A DNA stretch of 63,635 nucleotides, filler included, from Octopus bimaculoides (GCF_001194135.2; 7 parts of 7 records of this genome joined end to end with filler, not necessarily neighbours in it); one strand, 5' to 3'; positions 25,291 through 39,144 are shown, counted from the first letter of the whole stretch. The notes: generated by a model not told the origin, from the letters alone. Program-made: numbers and translations.

Positions 25291-28140
25291 NNNNNNNNNN
25301 NNNNNNNNNNNNNNNNNNNNNNNNNNNNNNNNNNNNNNNNNNNNNNNNNNNNNNNNNNNNNNNNNNNNNNNNNNNNNNNNNNNNNNNNNNNNNNNNNNNN
25401 NNNNNNNNNNNNNNNNNNNNNNNNNNNNNNNNNNNNNNNNNNNNNNNNNNNNNNNNNNNNNNNNNNNNNNNNNNNNNNNNNNNNNNNNNNNNNNNNNNNN
25501 NNNNNNNNNNNNNNNNNNNNNNNNNNNNNNNNNNNNNNNNNNNNNNNNNNNNNNNNNNNNNNNNNNNNNNNNNNNNNNNNNNNNNNNNNNNNNNNNNNNN
25601 NNNNNNNNNNNNNNNNNNNNNNNNNNNNNNNNNNNNNNNNNNNNNNNNNNNNNNNNNNNNNNNNNNNNNNNNNNNNNNNNNNNNNNNNNNNNNNNNNNNN
25701 NNNNNNNNNNNNNNNNNNNNNNNNNNNNNNNNNNNNNNNNNNNNNNNNNNNNNNNNNNNNNNNNNNNNNNNNNNNNNNNNNNNNNNNNNNNNNNNNNNNN
25801 NNNNNNNNNNNNNNNNNNNNNNNNNNNNNNNNNNNNNNNNNNNNNNNNNNNNNNNNNNNNNNNNNNNNNNNNNNNNNNNNNNNNNNNNNNNNNNNNNNNN
25901 NNNNNNNNNNNNNNNNNNNNNNNNNNNNNNNNNNNNNNNNNNNNNNNNNNNNNNNNNNNNNNNNNNNNNNNNNNNNNNNNNNNNNNNNNNNNNNNNNNNN
26001 NNNNNNNNNNNNNNNNNNNNNNNNNNNNNNNNNNNNNNNNNNNNNNNNNNNNNNNNNNNNNNNNNNNNNNNNNNNNNNNNNNNNNNNNNNNNNNNNNNNN
26101 NNNNNNNNNNNNNNNNNNNNNNNNNNNNNNNNNNNNNNNNNNNNNNNNNNNNNNNNNNNNNNNNNNGATAAAAAAGAAAAAGATACGTGTGCACATGTAT
26201 GTACATGTAGATAGGCGGCGAGCTGGCAGAATCGTTACCGGACCGGATAAAATGCTAAGCGGCATTTCATCCGTCTTCGCGTTCTGGTTCCGCCGAGGTC
26301 GACTTTGCCTATTGTCCTCTCGGGGTCGATGAAACAAGTACCTGTTGAGTACTGTGGTTGATGAAATCGACTAGTCTCCTACTCCAAAGTATCAGGCCTT
26401 ATGCCGTTAGTAGAAAGGTTTGTTATTATTATTATTATTATTATTATTTTTGTAACGAGCTGCCAGAATCTTAAGCACCCCAGAGAAAATGTTTAGCGTG
26501 TTCAAATTCCGCCGTGGTCGACTTTATCTTTCATCCTTTCGGGGTCGATAAAATACGTACCAGTTGCATACTGAAGCCGATGTAATCGGCCATCCCCTCC
26601 CCCAAATTTCAGGCCTTGTGTCTATATTACAAAGGATTATTATTATTATTATTATCATCGTCATTATTATAGTGCTTCTACCTGTCATAGGACTGGTAAC
26701 TTTAGAAGTTTGCTGTTGCCACTATGGGTGGAAATATGACAGACATAACAATAATTATAGTTTTTCTCAAATTTCAAGAAAATGATTAAATAAATATTAA
26801 TATTCAAAAGAAGAAAAGCATTTAATTATGTTAAAATAAAATAGAATGAAATAAAACAAATTTCTTCATTTATATATGTTTGTAATAAATATGTTATTAT
26901 TTTCTGCATTGTAAGGCGGCGAAATGCTTAGCAGTATTTCGTCTGCCGTTACGTTCTGAGTTCAAATTCCGCCGGGGTCGACTTTGCCTTTTATCCTTTC
27001 GCGGGTCGATAAATTAAGTACACACTTACATATATATATGTACATATAAACGACGGGCTTCTTTCAGTTTCCGTCTACCAAATCCACTCACAAGGCTTTG
27101 GTCGGCCCGAGGCTATAGTAGAAGACACTTGCCCAAGGTGCCACGGAGTGGGACTGAACCCGGAACCATGTGGTTGGTAAGCAAGCTACTTACCACACTT
27201 TCAGTCATTAGACTGCTACCACCTTTAGAGAATTTTAGTCGAATGAATCCGCACCGGAACATAGTTTTTTTAAATCATGGTATTTATTCTATGGGTATCT
27301 TTTGCCAAACAGCTAAGTTACGGGGACACAAGCGGTGTGGGGAGGGACAGACAAAAACACAAAGGCACACACATACGACGGGCTTCTTTCAGTTTCCGTC
27401 TTTCAAATCTACTCACAAGGCCTTGGTCGGCTCGAGGCTACAGAAGACACTTCCCGAAGGTGCCACGTAGTGGAACTAAACCCTGAACCATGTGGCTGGG
27501 AACCAAGTTTCTTACCATAGCCGCGCCTACGCCTAACTAATATTTTTTTTCCGTCATGGCCAAATTTCTTTTTCATGGTATCGATATATATTTTGTTTGC
27601 TAACTTATTGATCTGTGATTTGTATCCGCTACGTTGGACTTTTGGTAGCATATATTGGAGTTACTATGCTTGTTCTAGCAGCAACAGTTCCCTTGTTGGA
27701 CGCCGTTTTTGGTCATATGAAGATTAAAGCATTTGCAAACCAATCAAATATTGATTTCGTCACTGCTGCTGTTGCTAAGCTCTGATGGACTGCACATCCC
27801 CATGGTACCTATTGATCATATTAAAGAAAAAAATGATTGCTATCAGAAATATTTTGGGTTCTTCGCTTTAATTTTGTTAATGCTGTAAGACTGTTGTTGA
27901 TATTGAGTAGACTGGCATTCAGAGACATTCTAGCCTTTATTAACTCATCTTTTTGTATATGAAAGGCATTATCCAATACATCTTCGCACTTTTCATACAG
28001 TTAGTGTAATTTGAAGGCGATTTAGCTGCTATTTCTTGCTGGACAATCGACCACATAGGGGCTCCCTCGTTGGACTGTATAGAGATCACGCTGTAAGTGT
28101 TGCTGCTATGAACGAAACTTTCAGCTCTTGAATTATTTCA

Positions 28141-28187
<47 letters not shown>

Positions 28188-28224
28188 ACACGCACACACA
28201 CACTGTTCAAATTTACGGATAACA

Positions 28225-28331
28225 AGACGAAGACAGGTGTAGGAACAACAAGCAGGTGTATTAGCTTAACGCTCGGGGAGACTAGAAAAGTCTTTTACGT
28301 TTCGAACCTATGCTCTACGACAGAAAAGGAT
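28225..28331 (-). mobile_element. Penelope-like terminal fragment
   Basis: Similar to 63255-63365; contains the TTACGTTTCGAAC ... CTCT motif that I associate with PLE pseudo-LTRs. Confidence 0.4.
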
Positions 28332-30144
28332 TNNNNNNNNNNNNNNNNNNNNNNNNNNNNNNNNNNNNNNNNNNNNNNNNNNNNNNNNNNNNNNNNNNNN
28401 NNNNNNNNNNNNNNNNNNNNNNNNNNNNNNNNNNNNNNNNNNNNNNNNNNNNNNNNNNNNNNNNNNNNNNNNNNNNNNNNNNNNNNNNNNNNNNNNNNNN
28501 NNNNNNNNNNNNNNNNNNNNNNNNNNNNNNNNNNNNNNNNNNNNNNNNNNNNNNNNNNNNNNNNNNNNNNNNNNNNNNNNNNNNNNNNNNNNNNNNNNNN
28601 NNNNNNNNNNNNNNNNNNNNNNNNNNNNNNNNNNNNNNNNNNNNNNNNNNNNNNNNNNNNNNNNNNNNNNNNNNNNNNNNNNNNNNNNNNNNNNNNNNNN
28701 NNNNNNNNNNNNNNNNNNNNNNNNNNNNNNNNNNNNNNNNNNNNNNNNNNNNNNNNNNNNNNNNNNNNNNNNNNNNNNNNNNNNNNNNNNNNNNNNNNNN
28801 NNNNNNNNNNNNNNNNNNNNNNNNNNNNNNNNNNNNNNNNNNNNNNNNNNNNNNNNNNNNNNNNNNNNNNNNNNNNNNNNNNNNNTATATATATATTCCT
28901 GCTTCCGTAGATTGTGGTTGCTGCCTTTCAGAGTTCGTCAGGTTCTGTACACTATATACTCAGGCTTCGATTCCATCGACTAGCACCACCACCGCTTTCT
29001 CCTCGTAGACCTAGGCATGACTGGCTGTGTGGTTAACAAATTCGCTTCCCGACCTCGTGATTTCGGATTCAGTCCCACTGCATGGTACTTTGGGTATGTG
29101 CCTTTTACAACACCGGGCCCCAGAATCCTGTGAGTGGATTTGATAGATGAGACTTGAAAGATGTGCGACGTGTCTGTCTGTCCGTCCGTCTGTCTGCTTA
29201 TCTATCTGTCTATCAGTCTGTTTGCTTATCTGTCTCTTGTCTGCTTATCTATTTATCTAGTGTACGTTGTGGCTCCGTGTTTTGAGGTAGTATTATTGTA
29301 AACGAATCTGACCATCATGCGAGCGGTGTCGTTCGTTTCCCATCGTCTCTGAAAAAAAAAAAAAAAAAAAACATGTCGGTTCATAAGGAAATATTACCTT
29401 GCTTGAAAACAGGTGAGAGTTGGTGACAGCAAAGGCATCCAGCCGCAGAAATGCTGCCTCAACAAATTCTGTCTGGCAAATGCAAACACGAAAACTGGGC
29501 TTATCTATTTGTCTGTCTGTCTGTCTCTCTCTCTCTGTTTATCTGTATATCTGTCTGTCTGTGTCTCTATCTATCTATCTATCTTGTATTGAGTTGTGTT
29601 TTGTATGTGATTATTTAGCGCATACTCTTGTGTAGATGTCTGCACACACACACACACACACACAAACACACATGTACACGTATACACACGTATATTTAGG
29701 CGGCTCAAACTGCCCTACAACAGCAATAACAGTAACAAGAAAAAGAAAGAAGAGAAAGAGTATTAATGTGAAGACGTTTTCTTTTATGACATAAGATGAA
29801 GGCTGTAAGAACGAAGCCTTATTATCTCCTATAGGATTACACCATGTGAAATGTCTGTCCGTGTTGTAATGGGGCTTGCAGTGTGTTAATTTTCTGGTTG
29901 GGCAATTTCCGGTGTCAGAAAGGCGCCTCCTACTAAACCAACACCCAGACTAGGACTGCAGGAATTAGAAATTCTGAAGTTAGTCTTCAAGACTTGATCA
30001 ATGCATCTTTAATTACTCCTTTACTTGCACTTTATTCTCTTCACTATCGCCCCATTACAACTTTGTAAACAAGAAAGAAAAAAACGGAAGTGCCATACCC
30101 AGAGCTGCGGCAAGCCTCAGCTCTCTCTCTCTCTCTCTCCCTCC

Positions 30145-30179
<35 letters not shown>

Positions 30180-31029
30180 TGCGCAGGCGTGCCTGTGTGG
30201 TAAGGAGCTTGCTTACCAACCACATGATTCTGGGTTCAGTCCTACTACGTGACACCTTGGGCTGGTGTCATATACTATAGCTTCGGGTCGACAAAAGCCT
30301 TGTGAGTTGATTTGGTAGACAGAAACTAAATGAATCCCGTCGTGTGTGTGTGTGTGTGTGTGTGTTTGTGTCGGTGTTTGTCCCCAAATACCGCTTAGCA
30401 ACTGGTGTTGTTGTGTTTACATCCTCTTAACATAGCGGTTCGGCAATATTTACCGATAGAGTAAGTACCAAGCTTAAAAAGAAAATAGGTATTGGGGTAG
30501 ATTCATTTGACTAGATTTCCTCGTGGTGGTGCCCCAGCATGGCCGAAGCCTAACGGAATAAAACAAGTAAAAGATAAAATGTCCGTGGTTAAGAAGCTCA
30601 CTTTGCAGCCACGTGTTTTCAGGTTCAGTCCCATTGCACAGCACCTTGAGCAAGTTTTCTTCTATTATGGCACCAAGTGAATTTGAGAAACGGAAACTGC
30701 GTGAAAGTCTGTCGTATGTGACCGTGCGATTGTCCGTGACCTAGCGGTTCTGCAAAAGAAACGGTAGTATAAGTACTAGATTTTGAAAAATTAAGGTTTG
30801 TTTCACTAAGCTCTTCAAAGCAGAACCTCAGCAAGGTTATAGTCCAATGATTGAAGCAAGTATACGGTAAAAAGAAAAACGCACGCGGATTGAATGTTTG
30901 ACAATGCTCTATGGTTTTCTATATGGTGATATCAGTAATCGCCCCCCTCCCTCTCTCTCTCTCTGGATGGTTGTTTATTAGGAATCAGTTGACGATTGAT
31001 ACCCCCCGCATCACGGAATATTGCTCCAG

Positions 31030-31545
31030 ATGCACGTTCAGGCCTCTATGAAAGTTAACAACAGTGCAACTATCTTCGCTCGTTGAGGCCTCTATTAAAG
31101 TTAAGAGCAGCGTAAATACTCTTGCTTTTTCAGGTCCCTACGAAAGTTAAGAGAAGCACAATTATTTTAACGCAACTACTTTCGCTCTTTCAGGCCGCTA
31201 TGAAAGTTAAGAACAGCGCAACTACTTCGGCTCTTTCAGGTCCCTATGAAAGCTAAGAGCAGAGAAGGTACCCTCGCTCGTTCAGTTCCCTTTGAAACTA
31301 TCTTTGCTCGTTCAGTTCCCTTCGAAACTATCTTAGCACAACTACCTTCGTTCGTTCTGGCCACTATAAAAGCTAAGAACAGCGCAGGTACCCTCGCTCG
31401 TTCAGTTCCCTTCGAATGTTAAGAACAGCTCCACTATTTTAGCTCAATTTATTTTTGCTCCTTCAGGTCCTTAATGAAAGTTAAGGGCAGCGCGCGTCTT
31501 CCTTCGCTTGTTCAAGCTCCTATGAAAGATAAGAGCTGAACAAAT
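31030..31545. repeat. Degenerate 46-bp minisatellite (about 11-12 units, some truncated)
   Basis: Consensus about TTCAGGCCTCTATGAAAGTTAAGAACAGCGCAACTACTTTCGCTCG. Confidence 0.85.
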
Positions 31546-31812
31546 ATGCCTTCTCTAAGCGAATCAAAACGCGTTTCTATTTTCATTCGTCTCTAATTCG
31601 CCTTGATATACGAAATGCCTTCCGCTTTGCTTATTATATTTCCAACCGCCGCCCCTCTTCTCAATTCCTGAAGCCAAACACCGTTTAAGTAAAGTTTCTT
31701 ATGTAATTATGAAAATTTTAATCTAGTGAACCCTGTTGACATTCAACCTACCTCTCACCACTCATTCATTTTTACAGCACATGCAACATTTTTGAAAACA
31801 TACATATATAGA

Positions 31813-31851
<39 letters not shown>

Positions 31852-33341
31852 TCTCTCTCTTTCCTTTCCCGAGCGTCTAGTAACACAATCTGTATCACGG
31901 CCTCACGTTATTGTTTTTTGTCTTTTTCCTTTTTTTGATATATATATATATATATATATATTTTATACACATACAACTATTTATACATTTCATTGTATTT
32001 TTGTTTCCTCTATTTGTCTTTTCTTTCTCCTCTCCATGCTCTGCTCTTTGTCAATCCCTCTTTATCCCCCTTGTATACATACATGCACACATACGTGTGA
32101 GTATGTCCATGTATATATATGTGTGTGTGTGTATTTATATGTATATGTATGTTCAATAAAGCTGCGTGCAGTACACAGACTTCAGTATAATAATAAAGAA
32201 TGATGACGTATCCGTTCATCTTTAATGCAAAGTGTTGGTGGGGTGGGGGTGAGAGTATGGTGTGTGTGGGGAGATGGGTGGGTGTTTAAGTCTCTAAATA
32301 CGCTGATTGGATTAGATCTCGTCACATATTTTCCCCGCCGTTTTACATACGGGCCTCCCCCCTCCTATCCTCGCAGGCAGTTGTCAATTCAAATTCCATA
32401 TTTAATTGTTCAAAAGTTTGGTGGTAGTGGTAGTAGTGGTGCTGCTGGTGGTGGCAACAGCAGTGGTGATAATGGTGGCGGGGTTGAAAGGTATTTAACT
32501 GAAAGCGGCGTGGTGGTTGTGGTGTGTACATAGTGGTATGAACATGTGGTGGTTGTGTTTTAAAACCTCTCTGTTACAGTGGTGGTGGTGGTGNNNNNNN
32601 NNNNNNNNNNNNNNNNNNNNNNNNNNNNNNNNNNNNNNNNNNNNNNNNNNNNNNNNNNNNNNNNNNNNNNNNNNNNNNNNNNNNNNNNNNNNNNNNNNNN
32701 NNNNNNNNNNNNNNNNNNNNNNNNNNNNNNNNNNNNNNNNNNNNNNNNNNNNNNNNNNNNNNNNNNNNNNNNNNNNNNNNNNNNNNNNNNNNNNNNNNNN
32801 NNNNNNNNNNNNNNNNNNNNNNNNNNNNNNNNNNNNNNNNNNNNNNNNNNNNNNNNNNNNNNNNNNNNNNNNNNNNNNNNNNNNNNNNNNNNNNNNNNNN
32901 NNNNNNNNNNNNNNNNNNNNNNNNNNNNNNNNNNNNNNNNNNNNNNNNNNNNNNNNNNNNNNNNNNNNNNNNNNNNNNNNNNNNNNNNNNNNNNNNNNNN
33001 NNNNNNNNNNNNNNNNNNNNNNNNNNNNNNNNNNNNNNNNNNNNNNNNNNNNNNNNNNNNNNNNNNNNNNNNNNNNNNNNNNNNNNNNNNNNNNNNNNNN
33101 NNNNNNNNNNNNNNNNNNNNNNNNNNNNNNNNNNNNNNNNNNNNNNNNNNNNNNNNNNNNNNNNNNNNNNNNNNNNNNNNNNNNNNNNNNNNNNNNNNNN
33201 NNNNNNNNNNNNNNNNNNNNNNNNNNNNNNNNNNNNNNNNNNNNNNNNNNNNNNNNNNNNNNNNNNNNNNNNNNNNNNNNNNNNNNNNNNNNNNNNNNNN
33301 NNNNNNNNNNNNNNNNNNNNNNNNNNNNNNNNNNNNNNNNN

Positions 33342-33910
33342 TGTAGAAATTGTTTCGGTTTTTCACGTTCTGAGTTCAAATTCCGTCGAGGTCGACTTTG
33401 CTTTTCATCCTTTCGAGGTCGATAAATTAAGTACCAGTGAAACACTGCGGTCGTTATAATCGACTAATTCCCTCCCCCAAAATTTCAGACCTTGTGCCTT
33501 TAGTAGGAAAGATTATTATTATTATTATTATTATTAGGTCGGCGAGCTGGCAGAATCGTTTACAGACTGGACTAAGTGCTTAGCGGTATTTCACCCGTCG
33601 CTACGTTCTGAGTTCAAATTCCGCCGAGGTCGACTTTGCCTTTCATGCTTTCGGGGTCGATAAATTAAATACCAAAATTTCAGGTTTTGTGCCTACAGTT
33701 AAAAGGATTATTATTATTAATGCGGCGTGCTGACAGAATCGTAGGCACGCCGGGCAAAATGCTTAGCGGCATTTCGTCCGTCTTCATGTTTTGAACTCAG
33801 ATTCCACTGAGGTCGACTTCGCTTTTCCTCCTGTCGCACTGGGATCGATGAAATCGACTCCCCCTCCACCAAATTTCAGGTCTTGTGCCTATAGTAGAAA
33901 GGATTATAAT
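33342..33910 (+). mobile_element. Three head-to-tail SINE-C copies, each ending in (ATT)n
   Basis: Units at about 33342-33535, 33538-33718 and 33720-33915. Confidence 0.8.
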
Positions 33911-34176
33911 TATTATTTGAAGGAAAGCCAATTGGACGATTGGTGTTTGAGAAAAGGCCATGGTTAACCGAATCGTTTGGCGCTGGACTAAAATATCATA
34001 GGTGAGTCAATTGCGTCCCTTTTGCATATGGGATGGGCATGTATGGAATCAAATCTTTATCTTCATCCACACACCTGTGCCCTTAACCCTAACCTGTAAA
34101 ACCTTCGCGGGTTTTTTAAAATTTTTATTTTATTTCGTCTCTTCAAAGTCTTCTCTAGTTACTACTCTTCACTCCG

Positions 34177-34402
34177 TGGAGGCGCAATGGCCCAGTGGTT
34201 AGGGCAGTGGACTCGTGGTCATAGGATCGCGGTTTCGATTCCCAGACCGGGCGTTGTGAGTGTTTATTGAGCGAAAGCACCTAAAAGCTCCACGAGGCTC
34301 CAGCAGGGCATGGTGGCGAACTCTGCTGTATTCTTTCACCACAACTTTCTCTCACTCTTTCTTCCTGTTTCTGTTGTACCTGTAATTCAAAGGGTCAGCC
34401 TT
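34177..34402 (+). mobile_element. SINE-A, 5' part (rest in gap)
   Basis: TGGAGGCGCAATGGCCCAGTGG (A box) ... GGTTTCGATTCC (B box). Confidence 0.85.
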
Positions 34403-34501
34403 NNNNNNNNNNNNNNNNNNNNNNNNNNNNNNNNNNNNNNNNNNNNTTAATTAATTAANNNNNNNNNNNNNNNNNNNNNNNNNNNNNNNNNNNNNNNNNN
34501 N

Positions 34502-34559
34502 NCACTACTACCACCACCACCACCACCACCACCACCACCACCACTGCTGCTACCACCAA

Positions 34560-34603
<44 letters not shown>

Positions 34604-34970
34604 TTATCAATTATTCTCATTATCACAAGTACCACCACCACCGCCACCACCATTACCATTACCATCACCCCATCACCACCACCACCACCATCACCCATCT
34701 CCTCCACCACCATCACCACCGTCATCCCCACCATCACTCCCACAATCACCTCTCTCCATCACCGCCTCTGTCGTCACTGCCATCAACAAGATGACTACGA
34801 ACACTACCACCACAACCATCATCATCACCACTACCAACATCATCGTCATCACCGTAACTACCACCACCAACAACAACAACAACACGATTACCAAGGGTGC
34901 CACTCCCACCACCACCATCACCATCGATTCCGCCATCACCATCTCTTTCACTGCCTCCATCACCACCACC
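34502..34970. repeat. Degenerate (CCA)/(CTA)/(CAT) low-complexity tract
   Basis: Directly visible; yields poly-Thr/poly-Gly ORFs. Confidence 0.9.
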
Positions 34971-35537
34971 GTAAGTCTTGTATCTCATAACAATATATTG
35001 CCAGTGCTACCCTAAACCAACCCGTCCCCTCGACACAACACTAAATTTAGCCCTAATATCTTCCTTACAAAGAATAAAAAGGGGCTTTTCTGTTTACTCT
35101 GTTGTGTGGTGAAAAAAGAATGGAAATATTTAGGCATTTAAAGACGATCAGTTAAATATGTTTTAAAATAAAAAATGTCTTTAAAAAAAAAATACCTTGT
35201 GGTTAGAATTCCGGATTTTCGCCCAGGTTCGAATCCCAGTGTAATGATTTTAAGTTACCCACACCTACCTGCAACCATTTCATATTCTTTTCTTTTCTAC
35301 TCTAGGCACAAGGCCCGAACATTTGGGGAGGTGGTCAGTCGATTAGATCGACTCCAGTACACAACTGCTACTTAATTTATCGATACCGAAAGGATGAAAG
35401 GCAAAGTCGACCTCGGCGGAATTTGAACTCGGAACGTAAAGACAGACGAAATAGCGCTAAGCATTTCGCCCAGCGTGCTAACGATTCTACCAGCTCGCCG
35501 CCTAATATTCTTTTCTACTCTAGGCACAAGGCCTGGA

Positions 35538-35842
35538 ACGTAGTGGTTAGGGCATTTGACTCACGATTGTAAGGTCGTGAGTTCAATTCCCGGCGACGCG
35601 TTGTCCTTAAGCAAGACACTTTACTTCACGCTGCTCCACTCCACTCAGCTGCCAAAAGTGAGTTGTATTTGTATTTCAAAGGGCCAGCCTTGTCACACTC
35701 TATGTCACTCTGGATCTCCCTGAGAACTACGTTAAGGGTACACGTGTCTGTGGAGTGCTCAGTCACTTGTACGTTGATTTCACGAGCAAGCTGTTCCGTT
35801 GATCGCATCAGCTGGAACCCACGTCGTCGTAATTGATGGAGT
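35538..35842 (+). mobile_element. SINE with a different head/body but the SINE-A 3' tail
   Basis: tRNA-like head (TAGTGGTTAGGGCATTTGACTCACGATTGTAAGGTCGTGAGTTCAATTCCCGG), distinct core, then shared GCCTTGTCACAC ... GATGGAGTG tail. Confidence 0.75.
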
Positions 35843-36450
35843 GATCCTACCTATGAAGAAAAACAACCAATATTAATGTAACTAATCTCCACGGACCACG
35901 AATGACTGAGATAAAGTGACGAAGTTATAAAAATCCACAAACAAGCATAACAAATGTACAGTTCGGCTTAACAATCCGATAGAATAGCTGTTAAGTTAAA
36001 CCCTTTTTCTCGTTGTCTTTTTAAGAATGTGAAATTATTAGAAAGATTGGATTCCCAGTCCCTTCGCTCCCGCCCATTTTAGTCGCCTCTTACGCCACGC
36101 AGGGAATACGGTGACTGCATTCTACCGGGACCCCACCACCACCACCACCTCAGTCGTATGGAGTGAGAGGGGCAAGAGAGTTTATAAACGATAGGAAAGC
36201 TTGGAGAATGTTTGTGGACGGATGAGTGAATTTGATGTTGCTTAAAGGGGTACGGAACCAACATGATGCGGCGGAGGTAAACCAGCATATGCTGTCGGAC
36301 CCCGTTGCTGATATTGGGGGTTGCGTTCTATGTCATGACTCGAGCATAGGACGAGGCTCGCCTCTTTGAGCTGGGAAATGAATGGAATGCCTGGTATGTG
36401 TCTTGTTGTGGTCACCTCCTCCTTAAAAAATGGGGAATAGGCCTGAGTAT

Positions 36451-36837
36451 GTTGTTGTTGGCACTCCATCGCTTACGACGACGAGGGTTCCAGTTGATCC
36501 GATCAACGGAACAGCCTGCTCGTGAAATTAACGTGCAAGTGGCTGAGCACTCCACAGACACGTGTACCCTTAACGTAGTTCTCGGGGATATTCAGCGTGA
36601 CACAGTGTGACAAGGCTGGCCCTTTGAATTACAGGCACAACAGAAACAGGAAGGAAGAGTGAGAGAAAGTTGTGGTGAAAGACTACAGCAGGGTTCGTCA
36701 CCATCCCCTGCCAGAGCATCGTGGAGCTTTAAGTGTTTCCACTCAATAAACACTCACAACGCCCAGTCTGGGGATCGAAACCGCGATCCTATGACCGCGA
36801 GTCTGCTGCCCTAACCACTGGGCCATTGCGCCTCCAC
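36451..36837 (-). mobile_element. SINE-A, full length
   Basis: 13-bp TSD TAGGCCTGAGTAT / TAGACCTGAGTAT (one mismatch). Confidence 0.9.
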
Positions 36838-38516
36838 TAGACCTGAGTATATTTATTTATTTATTTATGTGTTTCAGCCAAGTGGCTGCGGTCATGCTGG
36901 TGCACCACCGTACAAAAAAAGTTAAACCCTTCTAGGCCACAATCCAATGACTGAAACAAGTAAGAGGGAAGATAAAAGAATATACATGTTCTCATAAATG
37001 AGCGGTTTTGATGAAAGATCAACTTATCAAGCAGCCATTTTGGATCATTTCATATTTCAGGCCATCATGTTGCTATTAAGCTCAACAACTCATCATTCTT
37101 AGGGAGGTGTATATATTATATAGTGGTACTTCGTGACTTATGTAATATCAGCACCTGACTACGGTTCGTTTAATATGCTAAATATAGCCGGTAAATCTCC
37201 CTCCAACCGCGTTCTGCAGTACGGATATTTATCCTTGCGTTGAAGTAGACTAAACTTAGATTCTTGCTGGATTTATTGGTTTATCATATTACTGTTTTAA
37301 ATGTTATATAAGTTTTTCTAGATGTAACATATCGGTAAAAGGGACGCGGTAGTTACAAGAAGAATTTGTTTGCTTACGGGTGTGTCTAATCATGGGACTA
37401 ATTGATCAGAGCCGCCGTTGAGCAAAATATAACTCATTAAATAGACTACAAAATACTTAAATCTTTAATTTCTTTATTGCCCACAAGGGGCTAAACATAG
37501 AGAGAACAAAGAAGGACAGACAAACGGATTAAGTCGATTACATCGACCCCAGTGCGTAACTGGTACTTAATTTATCGACCCCGAAAGGATGAAAGGCAAA
37601 GTTGACCTCGGCGGAATTTGAACTCAGAACGTAACAGCAGACGAAATACCGCTAAGCATTTCGCCCGGCATGCTAATGTTTCTGCCAGCTCACCGCCTTT
37701 AAATCTTTAAATTAAATCTTTAATTTCTGCTAAGATATTTTACACACACACACACATATGAAATATTCTTTTTCTTTTATATTTTGAAAGGTTTAAATCG
37801 GCGCAAATAATAGCNNNNNNNNNNNNNNNNNNNNNNNNNNNNNNNNNNNNNNNNNNNNNNNNNNNNNNNNNNNNNNNNNNNNNNNNNNNNNNNNNNNNNN
37901 NNNNNNNNNNNNNNNNNNNNNNNNNNNNNNNNNNNNNNNNNNNNNNNNNNNNNNNNNNNNNNNNNNNNNNNNNNNNNNNNNNNNNNNNNNNNNNNNNNNN
38001 NNNNNNNNNNNNNNNNNNNNNNNNNNNNNNNNNNNNNNNNNNNNNNNNNNNNNNNNNNNNNNNNNNNNNNNNNNNNNNNNNNNNNNNNNNNNNNNNNNNN
38101 NNNNNNNNNNNNNNNNNNNNNNNNNNNNNNNNNNNNNNNNNNNNNNNNNNNNNNNNNNNNNNNNNNNNNNNNNNNNNNNNNNNNNNNNNNNNNNNNNNNN
38201 NNNNNNNNNNNNNNNNNNNNNNNNNNNNNNNNNNNNNNNNNNNNNNNNNNNNNNNNNNNNNNNNNNNNNNNNNNNNNNNNNNNNNNNNNNNNNNNNNNNN
38301 NNNNNNNNNNNNNNNNNNNNNNNNNNNNNNNNNNNNNNNNNNNNNNNNNNNNNNNNNNNNNNNNNNNNNNNNNNNNNNNNNNNNNNNNNNNNNNNNNNNN
38401 NNNNNNNNNNNNNNNNNNNNNNNNNNNNNNNNNNNNNNNNNNNNNNNNNNNNNNNNNNNNNNNNNNNNNNNNNNNNNNNNNNNNNNNNNNNNNNNNNNNN
38501 NNNNNNNNNNNNNNNN

Positions 38517-38547
<31 letters not shown>

Positions 38548-39065
38548 CATATATGTATGAATGAATGAATGTATGTATACTATAATTCCTATCACGTACA
38601 TACTCATGCATATATTCATGTAACTGAAGAAATATACACAAAGTAATATAAATAAATGAACGAAATGCCCCACAAATAATATATGACATACATACATACA
38701 TACATTCATACATGCATAACATACATACATACATACATACATACATACATACAAACAAACAAACATACATACATACCTACATACATACATACATACATAC
38801 ATAGAAGGACGTCAGTTATTTATAGGCAGATCAATATGCGGGCAGCCAATTTCCGTTTTCAACACAAATCATTTTTGAACATACGTTGAAAATAACATGC
38901 ATGCAATACACGTCCACAAAACGTATGCACCACCACCGCTACTACTTCTACTACTCCAATGATAATGATAATAAGATGAGGAAGAAGAAGAACAACAACA
39001 ACAACAACCATATGTTGGTATAAATTTGTACATACATAGGGATACGTATTTATGTGTGTGTATAG

Positions 39066-39144
<79 letters not shown>

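Noticed and set aside
27612-27785. Hydrophobic 57-codon open frame (IRYVGLLVAYIGVTMLVLAATVPLL...)
   Set aside because: No clear start or exon structure and no recognisable family; compatible with chance.
31030-31545. CRISPR-like array
   Set aside because: No constant repeat with unique spacers, no cas genes, eukaryotic context; it is a minisatellite.
34177-34255. tRNA genes at SINE heads
   Set aside because: A/B boxes continue into SINE bodies with TSDs and there is no complete cloverleaf.
34502-35015. Mucin-like or Gly-rich protein
   Set aside because: Trinucleotide low-complexity DNA, open in several frames on both strands, with no splice signals.
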